DNA from: an uncultured Verrucomicrobiota bacterium
GTDB taxonomy: Bacteria > Verrucomicrobiota > Kiritimatiellia > RFP12 > UBA1067
Assembly (NCBI GenBank): GCA_946613265.1
Contig: CAMOFK010000001.1
Location: 22,753 to 86,752 of the forward strand
Reading direction: 5' to 3'
DNA length: 64,000 nucleotides
The notes under the pieces are model-generated. The model saw only the letters and a program-made list of their open reading frames with translations. It was not told the DNA's origin and ran no database searches. This document shows, in pieces, positions 50,834 to 58,270 of the stretch (the stretch's first letter is position 1; every line of letters starts with the position of its first letter). The translations under genes were made by a program, and so were the position numbers.

Positions 50834-51355
50834 TCACCCGAGGAGATTTTTGCTTGCAAGTTCGCGGATGTTATGCTCGGCGGAACGCTCGACTTCGCGC
50901 CGCCAAAGCTCCACAAGCGCTATTTCCCACGGCTCGTCCACGCCGGTGAGGACGGCAGAGAAGCGGTCTCCGCTGGCGAGGACGCCGGCTTTTACGCGCC
51001 CGGCGATTTCGTCGATCGAGCCTGTAACGATCTGTTCGGAAAAGTTGTCGGATTTCAACCTGTAGCCGTAGCGCAGGATTCTCATGTTGTCGCGCAGGAA
51101 TTCCAGGTATTCGCGGGCGTCTTCTCCAAGCCCCTCCACCGTGATTTCATTGAAGTCCGGCACGATCACACGCGGCTGGTGAGCCTCCAGGCGGCCTTCG
51201 CGGATGCGTATTTTGCTGGGCGCGTCGGGCAGCTCCGAGACGAGATGGTAGTTGAGCAGCGTAGAACCGAACGTCTCGAGTTCCTGCGAAGGATAGACGA
51301 GGATCTTGACATTGCGCGCGGCATGCCAGCGATCGAAATTCGGGTCTGAACTCAT
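50834..51355 (-). CDS. Hypothetical cytoplasmic protein immediately upstream of parA-like gene
   Basis: 173 aa, acidic, with no TM or signal peptide. Its stop lies 4 nt before the ParA-like start. No family recognised. Confidence 0.55.
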   Translation of the reverse strand: MSSDPNFDRWHAARNVKILVYPSQELETFGSTLLNYHLVSELPDAPSKIRIREGRLEAHQPRVIVPDFNEITVEGLGEDAREYLEFLRDNMRILRYGYRLKSDNFSEQIVTGSIDEIAGRVKAGVLASGDRFSAVLTGVDEPWEIALVELWRREVERSAEHNIRELASKNLLG

Positions 51356-51412
51356 AGTGTGTGCGGTTGGTGGCGGGTGGGTGCGGGAAGGGCGGCGCGC
51401 TTTTGCGGCGCG

Positions 51413-52075
51413 TCAGTTGCCGAATTCTTTTTTGAAGTCGAATTCTTTGAGATCGTGTACTAGCCAGGTCTGGCCCGTGTAGATTTGCGGGATGTCGCTA
51501 TGGCGGGCGAGCGCGATTACCTTCATGCCGGCCGCCACGCCAGACTGCACGCCGACGCTGGAGTCCTCGACCACGACGCAATCCTCGGGGAATACGCCGA
51601 GAATCTCCGCGGCCTTCAAATATCCGTCGGGCGCAGGTTTGCCATGCTCGTATTCACCGGCGCCAAGCACGAAAGCGGTGTCTTCCGCGAGCCCGCAGAG
51701 CGAGATCAGCGCGGCGACATCTTCGCGCGGCGAGCCGGTCACGATGGCGCATGGCGCTATCGTCGCGGCGCGATGGTAGAACTCGATGGACGAGTTTATG
51801 CGCATTGCGCGTTTGTCGTCGGCGACACGTCTGTTGTAGTGTTTGCGAAGCTCGATCGCGTCGTGCATTGGCGTCGATTCGCCGAGGCACGGGAAGTTCT
51901 GGTGCAGCCAGCGGTCGATATCCAGCCAGTTGCGTCCCATCACGCAAGGCAGGATTTTGCGAAACGTGGCGCGGCCGCCGTGCGAAACGATCATATCGAC
52001 GATCGCGCGCGCCCATACGGCCTCTGTATCCATCAAAGTGCCGTCGAAATCGAAAAGGAAGGCTTTGGGAATCAT
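51413..52075 (-). CDS. HAD-superfamily hydrolase (beta-phosphoglucomutase/phosphatase-like)
   Basis: Start [17 protein letters not shown] (motif I DxDGT), with [17 protein letters not shown] (motif IV). Its ATG overlaps the ychJ stop (ATGA). Confidence 0.85.
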   Translation of the reverse strand: MIPKAFLFDFDGTLMDTEAVWARAIVDMIVSHGGRATFRKILPCVMGRNWLDIDRWLHQNFPCLGESTPMHDAIELRKHYNRRVADDKRAMRINSSIEFYHRAATIAPCAIVTGSPREDVAALISLCGLAEDTAFVLGAGEYEHGKPAPDGYLKAAEILGVFPEDCVVVEDSSVGVQSGVAAGMKVIALARHSDIPQIYTGQTWLVHDLKEFDFKKEFGN

Positions 52076-52578
52076 GCCTGTCCTTTGCCGCAGCACTTTT
52101 TGAACTTCTTCCCGCTTCCGCACGGGCAGGGATCGTTGCGCCCGACTTTCGGCGTTTCCCTGACGAGGGGCTTTTCGCCCACGAGGTGGCCGTCGTCGAA
52201 TTTCCAGCCGTCCGGTTCGCGGACGAAATTGGAGACTTCGTGGTGGTTGCAGAATTCCCCGTTGGCGGTGTACGTCGCGCGGAATTCAACGACGCCTGTA
52301 TCGTCGTTTTCGCCGCCGCCTTCGGTGGAGAGTATTTCAAGGCCGTGCCAGCGCGCCGCACGACTCCACGCGCGCGACGACCTTTCGTCGAACTCCGCTT
52401 TTACGGGAGCGGTGGAACTGTCGCGGAGAAAGAGAATATCGCCGCTGACATACGAAGAGTAGCGCGCGCGCATGAGCGCTTCCGCGGTCGGAGCTTTCAC
52501 TTCGCCGCTGATAATTTTCTGGCAACAATCGCCAAAGCTTTTTCCAGAGCCGCAAGGGCATTCGTCATCTTTGTTCAT
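52072..52578 (-). CDS. ychJ: YchJ-family (UPF0225) protein with two SEC-C zinc motifs
   Basis: 168 aa. N-terminal [13 protein letters not shown] and C-terminal [13 protein letters not shown] flank an NTF2-like core. Confidence 0.85.
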   Translation of the reverse strand: MNKDDECPCGSGKSFGDCCQKIISGEVKAPTAEALMRARYSSYVSGDILFLRDSSTAPVKAEFDERSSRAWSRAARWHGLEILSTEGGGENDDTGVVEFRATYTANGEFCNHHEVSNFVREPDGWKFDDGHLVGEKPLVRETPKVGRNDPCPCGSGKKFKKCCGKGQA

Positions 52579-52588
52579 GGCTGCGGGT

Positions 52589-52597
52589 ATTTTACCA
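52589..52597 (-). promoter_or_regulatory. Extended -10-like element (TGGTAAAAT) 10 nt from the ychJ ATG
   Basis: The reverse complement reads ggAAAATGGTAAAATacccgcagccATG. Confidence 0.55.
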
Positions 52598-52873
52598 TTT
52601 TCCTTCGTCCCTTTGCAATAGACACGGATGCGATTTTTCGCCCACGTTCTGCACGGCCGGGGACCCTGGGAAAAGAACTCTGCGTCCGCACCATATCGAC
52701 GTGGCGGTTTTTCTTTGCCCGGTAGAACTTCCGGAGCCCGGGCTTCGATGCGAGAAGGGCGTCTGGGCGGGTTTTTGCTGCGTTCATGCCATACGGGGTT
52801 CAATAGAACAACCGTGGCGTGAAACAAGTGCGCAATCCGGGCACGCTCGCATTATGCCGGAAGGGGGGAGAGA

Positions 52874-52950
52874 TGGTGGACCCGGCGGGACTTGAACCCA
52901 CGACCCGGAGATTATGAGTCACCTGCTCTGACCGACTGAGCTACGGGTCC
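52874..52950 (-). tRNA. tRNA with CAU anticodon (elongator Met or Ile2), CCA encoded
   Basis: Minus-strand sequence GGACCCG-TA-GCTC-AGTCGGTCA-GAGC-A-GGTGA-CTCATAA-TCTCC-GGGTC-GTGGG-TTCAAGT-CCCGC-CGGGTCC-A-CCA. The first acceptor pair is a normal G1-C72 and the anticodon stem lacks the three G-C pairs of an initiator tRNA. Confidence 0.88.
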
Positions 52951-52966
52951 ACGGAAAACGCCGCAT

Positions 52967-52975
52967 ATTTTACCA
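52967..52975 (-). promoter_or_regulatory. Extended -10-like element (TGGTAAAAT) upstream of tRNA(CAU)
   Basis: The reverse complement reads ggAAATATGGTAAAATatgcggcg. It lies 16 nt before the mature 5' end. Confidence 0.6.
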
Positions 52976-53034
52976 TATTTCCTTCGCCGCGAGAAGGGGG
53001 TGCGGGACGATATTTTCGATTTTTGCGCGGCGCA

Positions 53035-55497
53035 TCAGATTTCGAAAGACATCTGACCGGGGAGTTCGGAAAGGCGGCGGCGGGGTTTGCGGACGGCGCG
53101 GGCGCCGCCTCCCGGATCGATTTCGGCGTCTTCGAGGTTTTTGAGGATGTCGGAAGCGCGCGCGACGACTTCGCGCGGCAGGCCGGCCATCGCGCCGACA
53201 TTGATGCCGAAACTCCGCTCGGCGATGCCCGGGACGATGCGGCGAAGGAAGATGACGCGGCCGTTTTCCTCTTTGACTTTGACGGTGTAGTTCTTCACGC
53301 CTTGGAGCGCGTCTGCGAGGTCGGTAAGCTCGTGGTAGTGTGTGGCGAAGAGGGTCTTCGCTTTGCACGAGGCCTTGCCGTGCAGATATTCGGCGACCGC
53401 CCAGGCGATGGAAATGCCGTCGAACGTCGAAGTGCCGCGGCCGATTTCGTCGAGGACGATGAGCGAGCGTGGCGTCGCGTTGTTCAGGATGTTCGCGGTC
53501 TCCTGCATTTCGACGAGGAATGTGGAGCGGCCGCGCGCGAGATCGTCGCCGGCGCCGATGCGCGTGAATACGCGGTCGAGCGCGCCGGTGCGCATTGAGG
53601 CTGCCGGCACGAAAGAGCCCATGTGCGCCATGACGGCGATGACGGCGACCTGGCGGATGTATGTGGATTTTCCCGCCATGTTAGGCCCGGTGATCAATAT
53701 TATCTGATTGGCGGTGCAGTCGAGAAAAGCGGAGTTCGGCACGAACGGCTCGGCGTCCGGGAGCTGTTCGACTATCGGGTGGCGGCCGTCCACGATTTCC
53801 AGCACGTCGCTTTCATCCACCACAGGGCGGACGTAGCCGGCGGCGAGCGCGCGGTCGGCGAGCGAAAGGATCGCGTCGAGGCGGCCGAGCGCGCCGGCGG
53901 TGGATTGGATTTCCGGGGAACGCGCGGTGACGGCTTCGATGATTTCGCGGAAGAGGCGCTGCTCGATCGCCACGGCGCGGTCTTGCGCGCCTAGGACTCT
54001 GCGTTCGTGTTCCTTGAGTTCTTCGGTGACGTAGCGTTCGCCGGTCGTCAGCGTCTGGCGGCGCGTGTAGTCCGAAGGGACGCGGGACGAGAAGGATTTC
54101 GGCACTTCGATCAGGAAGCCGAAGGCGGGCACGTGCTTGACTTTGAGTTTGGGGATTCCCGTGCGCTCCTGTTCGCGCGCCTGGTAGTCGGCCATCCAGC
54201 GGTGGGCCTCGGTGGCGTCGCGGCGGCATTCGTCGAGTTCGGCGTCGAAGCCCTGCGCGATGAAGCCGCCGTCCGCCATGAGCGCCGGCGGATCGTCGGC
54301 GATCGCGCGCGCGAGCATATCGACAAGCGCGTCCTGCGGCTTGAGGGCGGCGGCCAGCTCCGCGATTTTCGCGGAGGACGCCGAAGCCTCGAGCGTCACG
54401 CGCTTTATTTCCGGCAGCGGCGCCAAGGAAGCGGCCAGCGCCTTCAGATCGCGAGGATTGGCGCGCAGCGAATCGACTTTCGCGACAAGCCTTTCGAGGT
54501 CGCGGACGCCGCCGAGCAGCTGGCGCAGCGAAGTCAGCGCGTAGCGGTCTTCGACAAACGCGCCGACGGCGTCGAGGCGGGCGTTTATCGCGGCGGCCGA
54601 AGCGAGGGGCGCCTGTATCCAGGAGCGCAGCGTGCGCGCGCCCATCGCCGTCTTCGTGGCGTCGAGGATGCCGAGGAGCGAAGCTGCTTTCGCGACTTCG
54701 CCGCCCGGCAGCAGCTGGAGATGGCGGAGCGTCGCGGCGTCCAGGACGAGCGAATCTGAAGTGCTGCGCAGCGTGATCCGCCGGACGTGGTCAATATTAT
54801 GTCTCAGGGTAGTGTGGACGTAGTGGAGAAGCGCGCCGGCGGCCGAGACGACTTCGGTGCGTCCTGCGAGGCCGAAACCATCGAGGCTGGCGACTTTGAA
54901 GTGGCGCAAGAGGGTGTCCAGCGCCGCATCGTACATGAACGTCCACTCGGCGTCGGGGGAAGGCTGGAGGATTTCCGCCGGCCTGTAGCGCTCGAGCGCT
55001 TCATCGAGCGCGGCGCGTCCGGGATGTTCTTCGGCGAAGAATTCTCCTGTCGAGAGGTCGAGCATCGCGAGCGCGTGGGTGGCGGAGGCCGTGCTTTTTT
55101 TCGCCTCGAATGGATATACGGCGGCGACGAAAGTGTTGGCGTCGTCGGCGAGCAGGCCGTCTTCCGTCACTGTTCCGGGAGTGACGATTCGCGTGATTTC
55201 GCGGCGGACGAGGCCTTTGGCGGTTTTGGGGTCTTCGACTTGATCGCAGAGCGCGGCCGTCTTGCCGGCGCGGATGAGCTTTGCGAGGTAGGAGTCGAGC
55301 GCGTGATAGGGCACGCCGCACATCGGCACGCCGTTGCGCTGCGTCAGCGTCGCGCCGAGAATGGGCGAGGCGATGGCGGCGTCTTCGCCGAACATTTCGT
55401 AGAAATCGCCCAGCCTGAACATCAAGATCGCGCCGGCGGGGATGTCGCGCTTCATCGCCATGTACTGGCGCATCATCGGTGTCAATTCGTTCGCCAT
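53035..55497 (-). CDS. mutS: DNA mismatch repair protein MutS
   Basis: 820 aa. N-terminal TPMMRQYMAMK...GDFYEMF mismatch-binding motif, Walker A GPNMAGKST, then DEIGRGTSTFDG. Confidence 0.96.
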   Translation of the reverse strand: MANELTPMMRQYMAMKRDIPAGAILMFRLGDFYEMFGEDAAIASPILGATLTQRNGVPMCGVPYHALDSYLAKLIRAGKTAALCDQVEDPKTAKGLVRREITRIVTPGTVTEDGLLADDANTFVAAVYPFEAKKSTASATHALAMLDLSTGEFFAEEHPGRAALDEALERYRPAEILQPSPDAEWTFMYDAALDTLLRHFKVASLDGFGLAGRTEVVSAAGALLHYVHTTLRHNIDHVRRITLRSTSDSLVLDAATLRHLQLLPGGEVAKAASLLGILDATKTAMGARTLRSWIQAPLASAAAINARLDAVGAFVEDRYALTSLRQLLGGVRDLERLVAKVDSLRANPRDLKALAASLAPLPEIKRVTLEASASSAKIAELAAALKPQDALVDMLARAIADDPPALMADGGFIAQGFDAELDECRRDATEAHRWMADYQAREQERTGIPKLKVKHVPAFGFLIEVPKSFSSRVPSDYTRRQTLTTGERYVTEELKEHERRVLGAQDRAVAIEQRLFREIIEAVTARSPEIQSTAGALGRLDAILSLADRALAAGYVRPVVDESDVLEIVDGRHPIVEQLPDAEPFVPNSAFLDCTANQIILITGPNMAGKSTYIRQVAVIAVMAHMGSFVPAASMRTGALDRVFTRIGAGDDLARGRSTFLVEMQETANILNNATPRSLIVLDEIGRGTSTFDGISIAWAVAEYLHGKASCKAKTLFATHYHELTDLADALQGVKNYTVKVKEENGRVIFLRRIVPGIAERSFGINVGAMAGLPREVVARASDILKNLEDAEIDPGGGARAVRKPRRRLSELPGQMSFEI

Positions 55498-55555
55498 GGG
55501 GAAAGGATCTGGTTTGCGGGTTTTGCGGATTGTTTGCCTGGCGCGGCGTCCGCGC

Positions 55556-56278
55556 TCACGCCGTCGCGGAATCGGCCGCCCAGCGCACCGCGTAGAGGAA
55601 GAGTGAAACGAGCGATGCGTAGGCGTGGACGGTGCGATGGATTATGAAGCCGCCGAGTTCGCTGAATGCAAGGCGCGTCGTGCAGCACAGCCAGACGAGT
55701 ACGATGAGGATGTTTACTATGTATATGAACGTCCAGGAAAAGAGTCTGCCGTATTGCGCGATGTCCGGCTGTCGCACCGTCAGAGTCTGGAAAGTGAAGA
55801 GGATGTGGAACGCCCACGTGAAGCCGATCCCGAACATCCACGCGGCAAGACACGGCAGCGGACGGATGAAATACGCCGTCACAAGCGCCGCGATGATTAC
55901 TGTAAAGGTATAAAAGGGGAAGAAGTACGGCGCAAGGGTGATGAGGAAATTCGAGCGCGTCAGCTGGACGCTGCCGCCGTTTTCGCCGACTTTGAGGCGC
56001 GAAGGGCGCGCGAAGAATATCAGCCCCCACAGCACGTGCGTCAATTCGTGGCCTAGCACGTACGTCTTCACCGGATGCGGCATGAAGCTCCAGAAAAGCG
56101 AAAACGCCGCCATGCCGCCCAGCAGCGCGAGGCTTTCGATCGACAGGCCCCCGATGAGACCGACCGAACGGAACAGCGCGTCGATGAATACACGCGTCGC
56201 CGCCCAGCACGCCGGCAGCATCGCCAGCGCGAGCAGGAAGCGCGTCAAGCCTGCGAAAATCCGGCCGCGTTCCTTCAC
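55556..56278 (-). CDS. Polytopic membrane protein with an HExxH motif (putative intramembrane/zincin-like metalloprotease)
   Basis: 240 aa with about 6 TMs and LGHELTHVLWG. Its GTG start overlaps the upstream stop (GTGA). Confidence 0.6.
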   Translation of the reverse strand: MKERGRIFAGLTRFLLALAMLPACWAATRVFIDALFRSVGLIGGLSIESLALLGGMAAFSLFWSFMPHPVKTYVLGHELTHVLWGLIFFARPSRLKVGENGGSVQLTRSNFLITLAPYFFPFYTFTVIIAALVTAYFIRPLPCLAAWMFGIGFTWAFHILFTFQTLTVRQPDIAQYGRLFSWTFIYIVNILIVLVWLCCTTRLAFSELGGFIIHRTVHAYASLVSLFLYAVRWAADSATA

Positions 56279-56574
56279 CGCCCGGCCTCGCCTTCGAATA
56301 TGAACACGAGTTCGCCCGGGAAAACGCGCTTGTTCTGGCGCGCAATCGCTTCAACGAATTCGGAATCGGTCTTGAAGCGCTGCTGATATTCCTTCAAACG
56401 GGCTATCTCGCGCTTCTTTTCTTCGATTTCCGCGCTCAAGCGGGTGTCGCGGCGCTTCAGCGCGCAAGAGCGCAGATACGCCGGCCACGCCGAAGCCGCG
56501 CCGCCTGCGATGACAACTATGACGATGAGCGCTACAAACGTCTTCGTCAGTTTCTCTCCTATCGTTCTTTTCAC
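56275..56574 (-). CDS. FtsB/DivIC-like septum formation initiator
   Basis: About 99 aa from the GTG at 56574. A single TM (FVALIVIVVIAGGAASAW) is followed by a coiled coil (LSAEIEEKKREIARLKEYQQRFKTDSEFVEAIAR). The longer ORF reaching 56814 collides with the plus-strand CBM48 gene and its own promoter. Confidence 0.6.
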   Translation of the reverse strand: MKRTIGEKLTKTFVALIVIVVIAGGAASAWPAYLRSCALKRRDTRLSAEIEEKKREIARLKEYQQRFKTDSEFVEAIARQNKRVFPGELVFIFEGEAGR

Positions 56575-56581
56575 GCCGCAG

Positions 56582-56590
56582 ATTATACCA
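56582..56590 (-). promoter_or_regulatory. Extended -10 promoter (TGGTATAAT) 7 nt from the GTG of the ftsB-like gene (leaderless configuration)
   Basis: The reverse complement reads aaaAATTTGGTATAATctgcggcGTG. Confidence 0.62.
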
Positions 56591-56694
56591 AATTTTTTCT
56601 TACCTTTGTCTATTGACAACGCGAAAAAATATGAGAAAATATACGCCGTTCTCTGCTGAATAGGCGGAGAGCGTTCAAGTATAAGGAAAAATAC

Positions 56695-57048
56695 ATGAGA
56701 ATCAAGGCCACCAAAACGAACGCGGCTCAGGTGGTCGTCTCCAAGAAGACGACTCCCACCGCCGCGAAGAAGGCAAGAAAGACCGAAACTCGCGAGGTCG
56801 TTTTCACTGTTCATGCCGAACGCGGCAAGAACGTGTTCGTCGCCGGCGAGTTCAACAACTGGGATCCTACGGCAAAGAAGATGGCTTTCAAGGTCAGGGA
56901 AGGCATCTACACCGCTTCCATGAAGCTCGCCCCCGGCGACTACCAGTACAAGTTCGTCATCGACGGAACCTGGTGCGCGGATCCGGAGAATGTGAACTCC
57001 GTCGCCAACGACCAGGGCACCTTCAACTCCGTCATCACGGTCAAGTAA
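56695..57048 (+). CDS. Small CBM48 / AMPK-beta-type glycogen-binding-domain protein
   Basis: 117 aa. VFVAGEFNNWDP....M......G.Y...M.L.PG.YQYKFVIDG.W..DP is the canonical CBM48 pattern. Confidence 0.8.
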   Translation: MRIKATKTNAAQVVVSKKTTPTAAKKARKTETREVVFTVHAERGKNVFVAGEFNNWDPTAKKMAFKVREGIYTASMKLAPGDYQYKFVIDGTWCADPENVNSVANDQGTFNSVITVK

Positions 57049-57064
57049 TCGTGGCGCGCGCCGC

Positions 57065-57090
57065 GCGCATGTTTGCCATGCGCTCGTTTT
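57065..57090 (+). terminator. Rho-independent terminator of the CBM48 gene
   Basis: GCGCATG-tttgc-CATGCGC followed by TCGTTTT, 17 nt after the stop. Confidence 0.7.
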
Positions 57091-57220
57091 GCGCCCCTCT
57101 ATAGGTGGTTCTCCACTCGCAAAGCGGCACTGAACGGCCTTGATGGTTGTCCAGTGTCGTTTGCTATTGTTTTTGCGCCCCTTCGTGCAAAAACTCTACA
57201 CTTCAGAATCCGACGCTCCC

Positions 57221-57240
57221 CCCGGCAAAGCCGGGTTTTG
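57221..57240 (+). terminator. Second terminator-like hairpin
   Basis: CCCGGC-aaa-GCCGGG followed by TTTTG. With the first terminator it brackets about 130 nt of sequence with no convincing ORF. Confidence 0.5.
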
Positions 57241-57286
57241 TACCCCGCAGGATCGGCCACGTTCGCGACTTTTGTCGTATGCTCTG

Positions 57287-57432
57287 GCGACTGGAGTCGC
57301 CCGTGCTGGCGACCCTAGTCGCCTTTGCAAGCGACTGGAGTCGCCTTTGCAAGCGACTAGAGTCGCTTTGGCTCGCGACTGGAGTCGCCTTCGCAAGCGA
57401 CTAGAGTCGCCTTCGCTCGCGACTGGAGTCGC
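57287..57432. repeat. Array B: seven 22-bp-phased units, each a 14-bp palindrome GCGACT-GG-AGTCGC (variants) plus an 8-bp spacer
   Basis: Palindromes start at 57287, 57309, 57331, 57353, 57375, 57397 and 57419, a period of exactly 22. Spacers are ccgtgctg, ctttgcaa, ctttgcaa, tttggctc, cttcgcaa and cttcgctc. Confidence 0.95.
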
Positions 57433-57517
57433 CCCGGCGCGCAACCCACATCAGGAGGGACGCGCTCCCGCGCGTCCACCGGCCGCGCCGGAGCGCGTTC
57501 CTCCGCCGTTCGTGCGG

Positions 57518-58240
57518 TGGTGTAGCGCAAAGCCCCGAATGGGGCGACATATATATAGCCGGGGGTGGAGCATGCGAAGCATGCGGAACCCCCGGTATCG
57601 GCGCAAAAGTGAATCGAACCCCGAAGGGGTGGCACAATGGGTGTTCCGATGGCGTCGGAATAATTGTGCCACCCCTTCGGGGTTTGTGCGTTCTTCGAAC
57701 GCATTCCGGGGGTTGCGCGCGCGTTGCGCGCTCCACCCCCGGCTATATATGTGTCGCCCCTTCGGGGCTTTGCGGGCGTGCGATGGTGTAGCGCAAAGCC
57801 CCGAATGGGGCTTTTTTCGGTCGCGCGATGGTGTAGCGCAAAGCCCCGAATGGGGCTTTTCTCGGTCGCGCGGTGGTGTAGCGCAAAGCCCCGAATGGGG
57901 CGACACATAAATAGCCGGGGGTGGAGCATGCGAAGCATGCGGAACCCCCGGAACAAGCACGAAAGTAAATCGAACCCCGAAGGGGTGGCACAATGGGTCA
58001 CAGCGGGTGTTTCAACATCGTCGGAGCAATTGTGCCACCCCTTCGGGGTTCGATTCAATATTGCGCCTATTCCGGGGGTTGCGCGGGCTTCGCCCGCTCA
58101 CCCCCGGCTATAAATGTGCCGCCCCTTCGGGGCTTGTTTCAATATTGCGCCGATACCGGGGGGGGTGGAGCATACGAAGCATGCGGAACCCCCGGAACAA
58201 GCGCGAAAGTAAAACGAACCCCGAAGGGGTGGCACAATGC
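57518..58240. repeat. Five copies of a roughly 100-125-nt composite hairpin element in alternating orientation, plus a 45-bp triplication of its 5' module
   Basis: E1 57518-57640 (+), E2 57661-57780 (-), E3 57872-57997 (+), E4 58028-58135 (-), E5 58141-58238 (+, 5'-truncated). Shared modules are GTAGCGCAAAGCCCCGAATGGGGC, CCGGGGGTGGA[hairpin]GGAACCCCCGG and CGAACCCCGAAGGGGTGGCACAAT. Confidence 0.9.
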
Positions 58241-58270
58241 CGTGAAGGGCGATAGCTGCCCCGGGGCGCT

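Noticed and set aside
52874-52950. Initiator tRNA-fMet assignment
   Set aside because: The first acceptor pair is a normal G1-C72. The anticodon stem is GGTGA/TCTCC rather than carrying three consecutive G-C pairs. It is therefore an elongator Met or a lysidine-modified Ile2 tRNA.
57140-58113. ORFs inside the repeat island (57140-57910 +, 57357-58058 -, 57451-57993 -, 57664-58113 +, and others) as real genes
   Set aside because: They overlap each other on both strands. They encode the same short peptide blocks repeatedly because they translate inverted or tandem repeats. They lack promoter and RBS context and have Arg/Pro/Gly/Cys-biased composition.
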